Of a stretch of 64,000 bases of DNA, positions 36,879-45,585 are shown piece after piece. The position numbers were made by a program, and so were the translations under genes. Under the pieces are notes generated by a model that did no database searches, was not told the origin of the DNA, and saw only the letters and a program-made list of their open reading frames with translations. The DNA is from a bacterium (GTDB lineage Bacteria; Electryoneota; Electryoneia; Electryoneales; Electryoneaceae). Numbering within the stretch: position 1 is the stretch's first letter; every line of letters starts with the position of its first letter. The stretch lies in contig CAXXKJ010000002.1 in assembly GCA_963675295.2 (NCBI GenBank), positions 1,312,001 to 1,376,000 of the forward strand, read 5' to 3'.

Positions 36879-39242
36879 TTACTTCATCAACGTGACCTTC
36901 TGGATCTCGTTGAGCTGGCCCGGAACCTGCGCCTGGATGAAGTACAGGCCGCTGGAGAGGTGCTCAGCGTTGAAGACGAAGTTGTGCGAACCGGCGTTAA
37001 CCTGGCCATTAACCAGCGTCGCAACCTGCTGACCCGTGATGTTGTAAACCGTCACGGTCAGTTCGGCCGTTTCCGGCAGGTTGACGGCGAGTGTGGTGGT
37101 CGGGTTGAACGGGTTCGGGTACGCGGTTTCGACGCTGTACACGGTCGGCAGCTCGACGACGGTTTCGTCTTCGCTGGCGATCAGCGCATCGATACCGACG
37201 AAGTCTTCCGGGTTCAGGATGCCGTCAACAGCGCCCGTCTTGTAGAAATCGAAGCTGTCCGGGAACTGATACGGGCCGGCGCCAACCTGGCCGGTGAAGG
37301 TGTAGGTACCCGCCGGAGCGGCAGCCGGGACGCTGACGGACAGACCGGTGAAGGTCGCGTTCATGAACGGAGTCAGCGTGAACGGAATGTTGTCGATCGG
37401 GTACGTGTTGTTGTTCGGCGCGAGCACGCTCGAGGTGTAGCGGACCGGGTAGGTGCCACCGATGTTGCTGACGAGGTGCGCGTTGTAATAGATGTTGCCG
37501 CCGGTGGCCGGGACGGTGTCGGTGGTGACGTTCAGGTCGAGGTTGACCGGGCCGGTCTGGACCATCTCGATGTCACCGATTTCGCTCGGCTGCAGCTGGC
37601 ATTCGCTGTTGTAGGTGTCGATCGTGCCGCGCACGGTGATCTGGTCACCGATCGCGTACTGGCTCATGTCGAAGCCGGCCGCGGAGTAGATGCGGATCGT
37701 GGCGTCGCCGGAACCATCGTTGATCGAGAAGTTGAAGTCGCCCGGAAGGTTCGGCTCGGTGGTGATCTCACCGGTCAGCTCGGTCCATGTGCCTTCGAAC
37801 GAAAGGCCGCCGGTGTTGAAGTCGCCGGTGTCGAAGGTCAGTGGGGTCGGCAGCGGGTTGCCGGTGCTGAGCTCGGTCCAGCTGAAGTCGATCAGCTCGG
37901 TGGTATCGAAATACTGGTCGATCTTACCAATCACTTCGACCTGGTCGCCACGGTCGAGGCCTTCACCGTTCAGCGTGTCGGACGAGTACATCATGATGCC
38001 GTATTCGGAATCATCCTGCACGAACACGTCAACATAGTAGTCGTGAATAGTGTCGTGACCCTGGGTGACGATCGCGTTGACGCGCACGTAGTGGTAGGTC
38101 AGGGTGTCGCCGCCGAGGGAAGTGTCCGGATCGATGAACGCATACGGGTCCATCTGGATGTCAGCAACGGCCACGTCCAGAGTGTCCCAGACGGTGACGA
38201 AGTCCGGAGCCCATTCATTCATCGCGCCCGGAGTACCGAAGTCGCCATCGCCGAACTGCAGGTCGGCTTCGAGCCAGTTCGCGCCGTCATCGTTGTCGAG
38301 GGTCCAGTCGGTGAGCTGCATCGACGCACCGGTCGGATCCGGCCACACCGTGCCGCCGTCGTAAGAAACGCCATCCACGACGTTCATGCCGGTGTCGTAG
38401 AGGTAAACTTCGTCCGCGGAGTTGGACAGGAAGAAACCACTGTACTGATAGTCAACCGGGACACCACCGTTGAGGTTCATGTCAGCGTTGATGCCGAGGA
38501 CCGCGTAACCGCCGGCCGGGACAATCACGGTGCCGGTGATGACGTGGCTGTCGCTGTCGAGGTCGGCGAGGGTGTAGCCGTCAATGTCGACATCGAAGTT
38601 ACCCGGGTTGTAAAGCTCGACGTACTCACCGTCGTTGTCGCCAACCGCGGCCGGGTTCTGCATGATCTCGTTGATGACGAGTGCCGGCGGATCCGACCAC
38701 TCATTCAACGCGCCCGGGGTACCGAAGTCGCCATCGCCGTACGGCAGGTTCGCTTCGGCCCAGTTGGTGCCGTCGTTGTTGTCGAGGTTCGGGTCGAGGA
38801 GCTGCATCGACGCACCGTTCGGATCCGGCCAGACCGGGCCGCCATCGTACTCAACGCGGTCCATCTCGTTCATGCCGGTGTCCCACAGCACGATCTCATC
38901 GGCACCATTGCCGATGTAAAACGTGCTCGGGTATTCATAGTCAACGTTCACGCCACCGTTGGTCGCGAAGTCAGCATTGACACCGAAGACGAAGTAGCCA
39001 CCGGCCGGGACAACTGCAGTGCCGGAGACCACGAAGGTTTCGGCCGCGTTGGTCAGATCTTCGACCGTCCAGCCGTCCATGTCGACGTCAGTCGCGCCGC
39101 TGTTGTACACCTCAAACCACTCACCATTCGAGTCAGAAACCATCGACGGGTTCTGCATGATCTCGTTGATGATGATGTCGGCCTGTGCGGCCCCGGCGAC
39201 GAGCAGCGCCAGCATCAGAACAAACAATTTCGCACGCAGCAT
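36879..39242 (-). CDS. Secreted protein: two lamin-tail domains + OB-fold-like unit + Ig-like domain + T9SS-type CTD
   Basis: Two INEIMQNP...EW/YxExYN...GTPG repeats; OB unit and C-terminus shared with the neighbouring gene. Confidence 0.85.
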   Translation of the reverse strand: MLRAKLFVLMLALLVAGAAQADIIINEIMQNPSMVSDSNGEWFEVYNSGATDVDMDGWTVEDLTNAAETFVVSGTAVVPAGGYFVFGVNADFATNGGVNVDYEYPSTFYIGNGADEIVLWDTGMNEMDRVEYDGGPVWPDPNGASMQLLDPNLDNNDGTNWAEANLPYGDGDFGTPGALNEWSDPPALVINEIMQNPAAVGDNDGEYVELYNPGNFDVDIDGYTLADLDSDSHVITGTVIVPAGGYAVLGINADMNLNGGVPVDYQYSGFFLSNSADEVYLYDTGMNVVDGVSYDGGTVWPDPTGASMQLTDWTLDNDDGANWLEADLQFGDGDFGTPGAMNEWAPDFVTVWDTLDVAVADIQMDPYAFIDPDTSLGGDTLTYHYVRVNAIVTQGHDTIHDYYVDVFVQDDSEYGIMMYSSDTLNGEGLDRGDQVEVIGKIDQYFDTTELIDFSWTELSTGNPLPTPLTFDTGDFNTGGLSFEGTWTELTGEITTEPNLPGDFNFSINDGSGDATIRIYSAAGFDMSQYAIGDQITVRGTIDTYNSECQLQPSEIGDIEMVQTGPVNLDLNVTTDTVPATGGNIYYNAHLVSNIGGTYPVRYTSSVLAPNNNTYPIDNIPFTLTPFMNATFTGLSVSVPAAAPAGTYTFTGQVGAGPYQFPDSFDFYKTGAVDGILNPEDFVGIDALIASEDETVVELPTVYSVETAYPNPFNPTTTLAVNLPETAELTVTVYNITGQQVATLVNGQVNAGSHNFVFNAEHLSSGLYFIQAQVPGQLNEIQKVTLMK

Positions 39243-39697
39243 GCTGCGATCCTCCTTTTGTGTATACGGATCTCTGGGTCAAGCTTGTCGTTAGAAAGAA
39301 TTCACGAGATCCTCCCCATCGGATCTCATCTCGGGCGGAAAGGTACTCGAGAGTATTAGGGTTTCGTTCAGTCCAGTTCAAGTCTGCGCCCTCCAGAGGC
39401 AGAGAGGTTAAGTCAATGATATATATAGAGTTATCATCTGCTAATTGTTAAATTGAGATATCATGTTAGCGACTGAGAAGGGGCGCAAACCCATAAAAAA
39501 CGGGGGTCTTGCACTCAATCAGCGCAGGGCGTCGTTATAAGTATGCCTCTCGAGCCAAAACTCAGATTGGATTTGCTGCACAGGTTCTTGTGTTCTCTGA
39601 AGTAGGAACGGGTCAGAAGTAGCCGCAATGCAAGGCTGGGGGGACGTGCAGCGGGAGATGGGCAGAAGATGGAAATCCGGATTTGCCCGGAACAAGA

Positions 39698-39732
39698 AAC
39701 GGGGACATTTCGCGTCCGGAAATGTCCCCGTT
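39698..39732 (-). terminator. CGGGGACA palindrome acting as likely terminator
   Basis: AACGGGGACATTT...AAATGTCCCCGTT followed by TCTT on the minus strand. Confidence 0.7.
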
Positions 39733-39739
39733 GAGAGCT

Positions 39740-39858
39740 GCTTTTGCTGTTTTCTAAGGTCTTTGCCTGTCTTTTACTATCCGTTACTATCTGTTCCTGT
39801 CTTTTACTTCCTTTTCCTGCAGTTCCGAGAGACGAAAGACGAAAGACCAGAGACGGTC
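39740..39858 (-). repeat. 3'-UTR tandem array: heptamers then decamers
   Basis: GTCTCTG GTCTTTC GTCTTTC GTCTCTC, then AGGAAAAGGA AGTAAAAGAC AGGAACAGAT AGTAACGGAT AGTAAAAGAC AGGCAAAGAC. Confidence 0.9.
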
Positions 39859-39859
39859 T

Positions 39860-41491
39860 TTACATCATATCCCAATCGAGGATGGGTTCGGCGGCGTCGA
39901 CCATCGCGTTACAAACCAGTTCGACCAGTCCGCCATAGTGGATGCCGGATTTTTCCTTTGCACCGTAGAAGTCGAGCATGTCGCGGATCGCGCCCTTGCA
40001 GTTCGAGCACGGCGCGCAGACATACTTCTTCGTCTCGTCGGTGTTCAGGTCTTCGTCGGCGAACGCGTTGAGGATCTGGGCGAACTTTTTCCGGCTGGAG
40101 ATCAGGTTGCGCCAGTCGTTGAAGTTGAACCCGGACATGATCGCGAAGCCGGACCCGCCGCCGCAGCAGTAATTGTGAATCCCATGGGGGTACATCTCGC
40201 GGAATTTCGGCGCGATCATCCGCAACACTTCGCGTTGCGGTTCAACGATCCCCAGGTTACGCACGGTGTTGCACGGGTCGTGCAACGTGACGGCGAAATC
40301 GTTCTTGCTCGGGTCGAGCTTGATGGCGCCACTCTTGACGATATCACGCACCAGCGTGAGGATGGACTCACGTGGCGGCAAGTCTGTCCCGACACGGTCG
40401 GCGATGGTCGCCAGCGCCTTGTGTTCGTGGCCGCACTCACCCATCACGATCTTCTTGACGCCGAGCTCCTTGGCGATCGCGAAGTGGCGTGAGGCGACAC
40501 GTGCGAGCTGCACGTCATCGTAGAACAGGCCGTAGTTGACGCCGTCGTAGCCAGCGATTTCGCTGGACATCGTCCAGGAAATTCCGGCCTTGTCGAGCAG
40601 CGCCGCGGTGCAGCCGTGATTCTCCGGCCACGCGAGGAACTCGCCGGCGTTCTCGATCAGCAGCACGTCCGCGCCCTTGACATCCCACGGCGTCTTCACC
40701 TCCCAGCCCAGCCGTTCGGAAATGTCTTCGTCGATAAACTCGATGTTATCCTTGACGACGACGGAGTTCATGCCGGTGGACGATCCGACTTTCAACTGCT
40801 GCACGGTGCCCTTTTCGTGCAATTCCTTCGGCGCCCAGCCGAGTTGCTGGCTGAACAGCTTGCGGATTTCACGGGTGATCAGGCCGTTGTCGACACCGAC
40901 CGGGCAGCTCTGCGCGCAACGGCGGCAGAGTGTGCAGCGGTAGGACAGCTCGTACAGGCGCGAAATCAGGGTGTAATTCAGCTCGATGCCGTTGTTCTGG
41001 AACGTCTTGAACCACTTGTTTCCCGGCTTGACGTGCTGGTGATACAGACGCCGCAGAATTTCCGCGCGGTAGGTCGGACGATAGAGCTCGTTGAAGCCGG
41101 ACGCTTCGTAGACCGGGCAGTTTTCGACACAGGTCTGGCAACGTGCGCAGTGTTCCATCGACAGCATCAGCGGCTGCAGGAAGGTCCAGTTGTCTTCCTT
41201 GGTGAACAGCTTGTGCAGGCCTTCGAGGAACTTGTTGACCAGCTCGGCTTCCTCTTCCTTGGTTTCCGGCTGTGGTACACCGGAGGCGAGGACACCGTCC
41301 AGCGTGGACGAATTGCCGTAGGATTTCTTCGTTTCGTCCTTCAGCTCCGCAATGTCCGGTGTGTATTCCGGTCCATCGTACGGTGCCGGCAACGGCATCA
41401 GATCCTTCGGATCAATCTTCGCGATCTGATCCTCACCCTTGCTGATATCCTTCACAGAGGCAGGCTGTACACCACAGAATTGGCAAGCCAT
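39860..41491 (-). CDS. Fe-S/CCG-domain heterodisulfide-reductase-like subunit (DsrK/HmcF/TmcB/HdrD family)
   Basis: CARCQTCVENCP, CTLCRRCAQSCP, GECGH, HDPCN, YCCGGGSG, APCSNC. Confidence 0.9.
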   Translation of the reverse strand: MACQFCGVQPASVKDISKGEDQIAKIDPKDLMPLPAPYDGPEYTPDIAELKDETKKSYGNSSTLDGVLASGVPQPETKEEEAELVNKFLEGLHKLFTKEDNWTFLQPLMLSMEHCARCQTCVENCPVYEASGFNELYRPTYRAEILRRLYHQHVKPGNKWFKTFQNNGIELNYTLISRLYELSYRCTLCRRCAQSCPVGVDNGLITREIRKLFSQQLGWAPKELHEKGTVQQLKVGSSTGMNSVVVKDNIEFIDEDISERLGWEVKTPWDVKGADVLLIENAGEFLAWPENHGCTAALLDKAGISWTMSSEIAGYDGVNYGLFYDDVQLARVASRHFAIAKELGVKKIVMGECGHEHKALATIADRVGTDLPPRESILTLVRDIVKSGAIKLDPSKNDFAVTLHDPCNTVRNLGIVEPQREVLRMIAPKFREMYPHGIHNYCCGGGSGFAIMSGFNFNDWRNLISSRKKFAQILNAFADEDLNTDETKKYVCAPCSNCKGAIRDMLDFYGAKEKSGIHYGGLVELVCNAMVDAAEPILDWDMM

Positions 41492-41493
41492 GC

Positions 41494-42420
41494 TCAGGCC
41501 TCCTTCTTCTCGTCTTGTTTCACTTCACCCGTCCCAGCGGCCAGGTCAACCCAGGTCTTCTTGCCATCCGCGCCGATGTGTTCCGAAGCCCAGCTGACCG
41601 GCTGCGTCACGTTCTTCACGATATTCTGCTCCACCTTGCTGCCCTTGGTGTTAGGCTGATCCTCCCAGCGGATCGTGTGGTAGGTGAAGTACTTCGTGAA
41701 GAAGTGCGTCATGTGGGTGAACGGCAGGTAGATGAAGAACAGCAACACCACGGCGACGTTGAGATAGCCCGTTGTCGTGAACGCCGGAATCGGACTCGCG
41801 GTCAGGACACCGGCGTACAAACCGGTCACGCGTGAGATGTAGCCGTGGTCGGCGAACGCCCAGAGCACCGTCGAGGCGAAGATCGCGCCCAACAGGATGA
41901 TGTTGAAGTAGTGGCTCGGGGTCGCGTACTTGCTCATGTCCTTGTCGAACGCGCGCTTGAAGAACATCAGCACCGCGCCGATCACGCCCAGCCCGCCACC
42001 GATGAACGACAGCGTCCGGATCAGCCCGACCATCACATTGACCACCATACCCGACTGCGCGATACCAGCCAGCAGCAGAATGGTCAACAGCAGGATCAGC
42101 GCCATATTGCCGATCAACAGGTAGAGGCCGAAGTGCAACGCCCAGGAGGGGAACCACAGCCCGCGGTTGTGTTCCCAGACTCCTTTCAGCAGGAGGATTT
42201 CGGGGATCATGATACCCAGTTCCCCGAAATGGTTCTTGTCACGGGAATGCTCCCACCAATCCACTTGTTCGAACATGGATTTGCCGGGCCTTTCATGTGG
42301 CACCGGTTGCAATTCCCAACGCAAATGCATCGGCGTGCGCGCGATTTTCAGTCCCCGCGCGAAACAGGCCACCACGAAAATCAGCACCGACAGATAGACC
42401 AGTGCGTGCAACACACTCAT
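41494..42420 (-). CDS. NarI-like membrane cytochrome b (DsrM/HmcE family)
   Basis: Multiple TM helices, LRWELQPVP, LHFGLY, YLPFTHMTHFF. Confidence 0.85.
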   Translation of the reverse strand: MSVLHALVYLSVLIFVVACFARGLKIARTPMHLRWELQPVPHERPGKSMFEQVDWWEHSRDKNHFGELGIMIPEILLLKGVWEHNRGLWFPSWALHFGLYLLIGNMALILLLTILLLAGIAQSGMVVNVMVGLIRTLSFIGGGLGVIGAVLMFFKRAFDKDMSKYATPSHYFNIILLGAIFASTVLWAFADHGYISRVTGLYAGVLTASPIPAFTTTGYLNVAVVLLFFIYLPFTHMTHFFTKYFTYHTIRWEDQPNTKGSKVEQNIVKNVTQPVSWASEHIGADGKKTWVDLAAGTGEVKQDEKKEA

Positions 42421-42968
42421 TCTTTGGTCTCCCCCAACTGAGTCTGTCCGTTTGTATCACGTTTTTGTTGTTGACGGCATTGGTTGAGCCGGGTCGCCAG
42501 CGGCGAATCGCTGCGGCCAAGCAGCAGGTCGAAGACGAGGCTCTTCAGGTCCTCGGTGCAGGTGGCGGCGGTACGGTAGACCTCGCACCGGCGGCATGTC
42601 TCTTCACCGCAGCAGCCTTCGTAATTCTGAATCACCCAGCAAGGCTCGTTGCGGCTTTCCTTGACCACGCCGCAGTTCGCTCGTTCCACCTCCGAGCAGC
42701 CCTTGAACTCCCAGCACGGCAGCAGTGCCCAGAGCCGGCGGATACCCTCGAGGGTCAACCCCTTGCGCTTGATCAGTTGCTGAATCATCCGCACACGTTC
42801 CAGATCCTCGGCTGAGAGCATGCGGTAGCCACCCCGTGTCCGGGCGTAATGGATCAACCCGGCGGCTTCGTACTTTCGCAGGGAAGAGTCAGAAAGTCCG
42901 GTGATCTGGGCGGCTTCGCCGATGGTGATCACCGGATCAAGCAGGTTGTCTTGTGAACCATGGTGCAT
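42417..42968 (-). CDS. MerR-family regulator with Cys/Trp-rich C-terminal domain
   Basis: TIGEAAQITGLSDSSLRKYEAAGLI HTH; PCWEFKGC...C...PCWV...CC...CRRCEVY; start uncertain. Confidence 0.88.
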   Translation of the reverse strand: MHHGSQDNLLDPVITIGEAAQITGLSDSSLRKYEAAGLIHYARTRGGYRMLSAEDLERVRMIQQLIKRKGLTLEGIRRLWALLPCWEFKGCSEVERANCGVVKESRNEPCWVIQNYEGCCGEETCRRCEVYRTAATCTEDLKSLVFDLLLGRSDSPLATRLNQCRQQQKRDTNGQTQLGETKE

Positions 42969-43325
42969 TTGACTGACGCCGAATACGTTGTCAGAAAACG
43001 GTTCGCCACAGTATAGCGGCTGGGGTTGATGAAAGATCGTGCTGGAATTCACAAAACCTGCACTGTGTCTTCCATCCCTTGGGAACGAAGCTACAATGGT
43101 TGGAATTCAAAATCAAGGCTTCGTGAACAGATTCTCTTATTTTGTCAAAATATTAGCCAATCCGAACAAATATTCCAAGCTGGAGATCGCGAAGTTCGAC
43201 CACGAAAATTTCTATTGGGCGGGTGGCTCGTTGCCATGATCACGCTTTGGTCGCTATGTTAGTTGTCGGGAGAACGGCAACCGTGTTCTCGCGTTTTCAC
43301 CCACACAGCTCAGGATGAGGAGAAG

Positions 43326-45284
43326 ATGAAAACGTTTGTACGGGTTTGGGCATTGGCGCTGCTATTGTTGCCATTGCTGGTATCGGCACAGCAATTGGGT
43401 GACACGTTGCACATTGGCCAGACCTGGGTCGATCAGCAGCACGAGCTTTCGTTCGAACGCATGTTTAACCTGAGCGAACCCCTCTTCGAAGAGCGGAAGG
43501 CCTACTTTGCCTGGACGTTAAAGGAGAACCAGGATTCGGACAGCCGTGTCCAGTACGCCGTCAGCGAGGTTGTCGATGGAAGCGTCGGTCATCCCTACCG
43601 CGACGACGGCCCGATTTACGGGCCGGTATCCTATGGTCCCACTGTCGTTGTCAGTGCGATCAATGGACCTGCGATTAACATCAACAGCGATCGTGGCGCG
43701 AGTGATCCGGATGATGTTCATGCGTCCGTCGTCACGTTCAATCCGTTCAGCGTAACCGAGACGTTCAATTCGTTCATCTTTCCGAGAGGTTCAACGGGAT
43801 CGTTTTCAGCTCGTACGGCAAGCCATCAAGCTGGCGAGGGATTGACGCTGCACAGTCTGTACTACCCGACGGTGGACGTCAATCCGTTTGAGATGGAACT
43901 CTACTACAACCGTGGGCGGATGGATGGACTCACCAACATCATCCTGAACACGACACCTGGTGAGTACCCCCGCAAGCGAGTCACAGACAAGGCAACCAAC
44001 CGCAGCGGCGTTGTGGCGGTTTCGCCCAACGGCAACCGGATCACGTTGGCACAGACTGTTTCCCGCTACCACACGCTTGGCGAAGGTGAACCGGGCAACC
44101 GGTACAACAACGACATCTACCTCTGGGTAGGCACTGACGCCGGCGCGGACTGGTCGATGGGGCTGGAGAACGCGGTGAACGTGACCAACTTCATCCCGAT
44201 CAACGAGAACATGTTGCCGGACACGGTCGCCGCCAACCAGGACACCTTCCGTGTCTACGGTGACATGGACATCATTTACGACGACAGCAACATCCTGCAT
44301 CTCGTATTTGTCGCAGTCGAATACCACCATTTCTCCGTGGACCAGACCCCACCACGTTGCCGTCTTTATTACTGGAACAACTCGGACCAGTACTTCATTA
44401 TGCTCGCGGATGGGTCATTCGCATTGGGTGCGGACACGCCACACCTGGAAGCCACGATCTGCAACCCGAACCTGTACTGGGATGATCGAAACGATCTGCT
44501 CTGGTGCTCGTGGGTGCAGTTTGGCGAGCCGGACGATTACGACGGCGAAAACGATCCTATTGACGCCTCCGACGATGGCTACAAAGCGTCGGATATCTAT
44601 GTGAGCGCGACGGAGGATCTCCGTCACTGGGCCTATGGCGTCAACATCACCAACACCCGGAACGACGGGACGCAGTTGGCACCGTACGAAACCGAAAGCG
44701 AGCGCGAGATGTCGCTGGCAAAGCGCTCGGATGCTGACCATCTATTCCTGTTCTACACGGTGGATTACGACCCGGGCATCAGCAGCCCGGGCGGCAACTT
44801 CTATGATTCGCCGGCGTCCCCCGAGGGCGAGCCAACGAACAATCACCAGGTTGTGCACTGGGTTGAAAAAGACCTGATCATCGACGAGTTCGACTTCATC
44901 GGGATTCCGCCGAACAACCACCCGATCGGACCGCGCAATTACCCGCTGCACATCGACAGCACCGGCTACTACAACACGCCGGTCGCGGAAACCGGCAGTG
45001 ATCAATCCCTGCTGCCGAACGGCTTCACGTTGGACTCGGTCTACCCGAACCCGTTCAACGGGACCGCGCGGATCGAGTTCACGTTGCCCGCGCCGGATCG
45101 TGTCGCGGTCAGCGTAGTGGACGTGCTCGGGCGTGAGGTGGTTCGTCTCAGTGACCGGGATTACGCCGCCGGGACGCACGCGTTGACATTCGACGGGTCC
45201 GATTTCGCCAGTGGGGTGTATTTCGTCCGCGCCGGGTCGAGGCAGTACGGCACGCGGGTGGAGAAGGTGGTGCTGTTGAAGTAG
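43326..45284 (+). CDS. Secreted protein (probable beta-propeller) with T9SS-type CTD
   Basis: Signal peptide, BNR-like TDAGADW, NVTN/NITN motifs, YPNPFN...FASGVYF...KVVLLK. Confidence 0.8.
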   Translation: MKTFVRVWALALLLLPLLVSAQQLGDTLHIGQTWVDQQHELSFERMFNLSEPLFEERKAYFAWTLKENQDSDSRVQYAVSEVVDGSVGHPYRDDGPIYGPVSYGPTVVVSAINGPAININSDRGASDPDDVHASVVTFNPFSVTETFNSFIFPRGSTGSFSARTASHQAGEGLTLHSLYYPTVDVNPFEMELYYNRGRMDGLTNIILNTTPGEYPRKRVTDKATNRSGVVAVSPNGNRITLAQTVSRYHTLGEGEPGNRYNNDIYLWVGTDAGADWSMGLENAVNVTNFIPINENMLPDTVAANQDTFRVYGDMDIIYDDSNILHLVFVAVEYHHFSVDQTPPRCRLYYWNNSDQYFIMLADGSFALGADTPHLEATICNPNLYWDDRNDLLWCSWVQFGEPDDYDGENDPIDASDDGYKASDIYVSATEDLRHWAYGVNITNTRNDGTQLAPYETESEREMSLAKRSDADHLFLFYTVDYDPGISSPGGNFYDSPASPEGEPTNNHQVVHWVEKDLIIDEFDFIGIPPNNHPIGPRNYPLHIDSTGYYNTPVAETGSDQSLLPNGFTLDSVYPNPFNGTARIEFTLPAPDRVAVSVVDVLGREVVRLSDRDYAAGTHALTFDGSDFASGVYFVRAGSRQYGTRVEKVVLLK

Positions 45285-45436
45285 CAATAGATGCCAAAGA
45301 CGCAACTGACGCAAAAGACGTAACAGACGCAACTGACGCAACTGACGCAACTGACGTAACACACGCAACACACGTAACACACGTAACACACGTAACACAC
45401 GTAAAACACGCAACACACGTAAAACACGCAACTGAC
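45284..45436 (+). repeat. 3'-UTR array of 17 nonamers
   Basis: GCAACTGAC / GTAACACAC / GCAAAAGAC variants starting at the last base of the stop codon. Confidence 0.95.
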
Positions 45437-45446
45437 GCATAAGTGA

Positions 45447-45480
45447 ACCGGGGACACTTTCTCCCGAAAGTGTCCCCGGT
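45447..45480. terminator. CGGGGACA palindrome between convergent genes
   Basis: ACCGGGGACACTTTC-tccc-GAAAGTGTCCCCGGT. Confidence 0.75.
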
Positions 45481-45515
45481 GGTTTATTGCTAAAGTTTAA
45501 AACTGGTCAAGTGAA

Positions 45516-45578
45516 GTCTGTTATATCTTTTGCATCCGTTGCATCCGTTGCATCCGTTGCATCCGTTGCGTCTGTTGC
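45516..45578 (-). repeat. 3'-UTR array of 7 nonamers
   Basis: GCAACAGAC, GCAACGGAT x4, GCAAAAGAT, ATAACAGAC on the minus strand. Confidence 0.95.
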
Positions 45579-45585
45579 TGCTCAC

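Noticed and set aside
34020-37240. Diversity-generating retroelement TR/VR pair
   Set aside because: Both copies are coding, mismatches are mostly synonymous and not adenine-specific on the coding strand, and there is no reverse transcriptase in the window
36960-39359. 799-aa plus-strand ORF, and similar long ORFs at 6224, 26585, 34989, 46597 and 55156
   Set aside because: Antisense shadows of well-supported genes in GC-rich DNA; no recognisable motifs
39416-39437. ATGATA-N10-TATCAT inverted repeat
   Set aside because: Single 6-bp pair in AT-rich promoter DNA; could arise by chance
39860-42420. Evidence of dissimilatory sulfate reduction
   Set aside because: A DsrMK-like pair alone is not diagnostic; no dsrAB, dsrC, apr or sat in the window
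45284-45578. CRISPR array
   Set aside because: Units are 9 nt and contiguous, with no unique spacers and no cas genes
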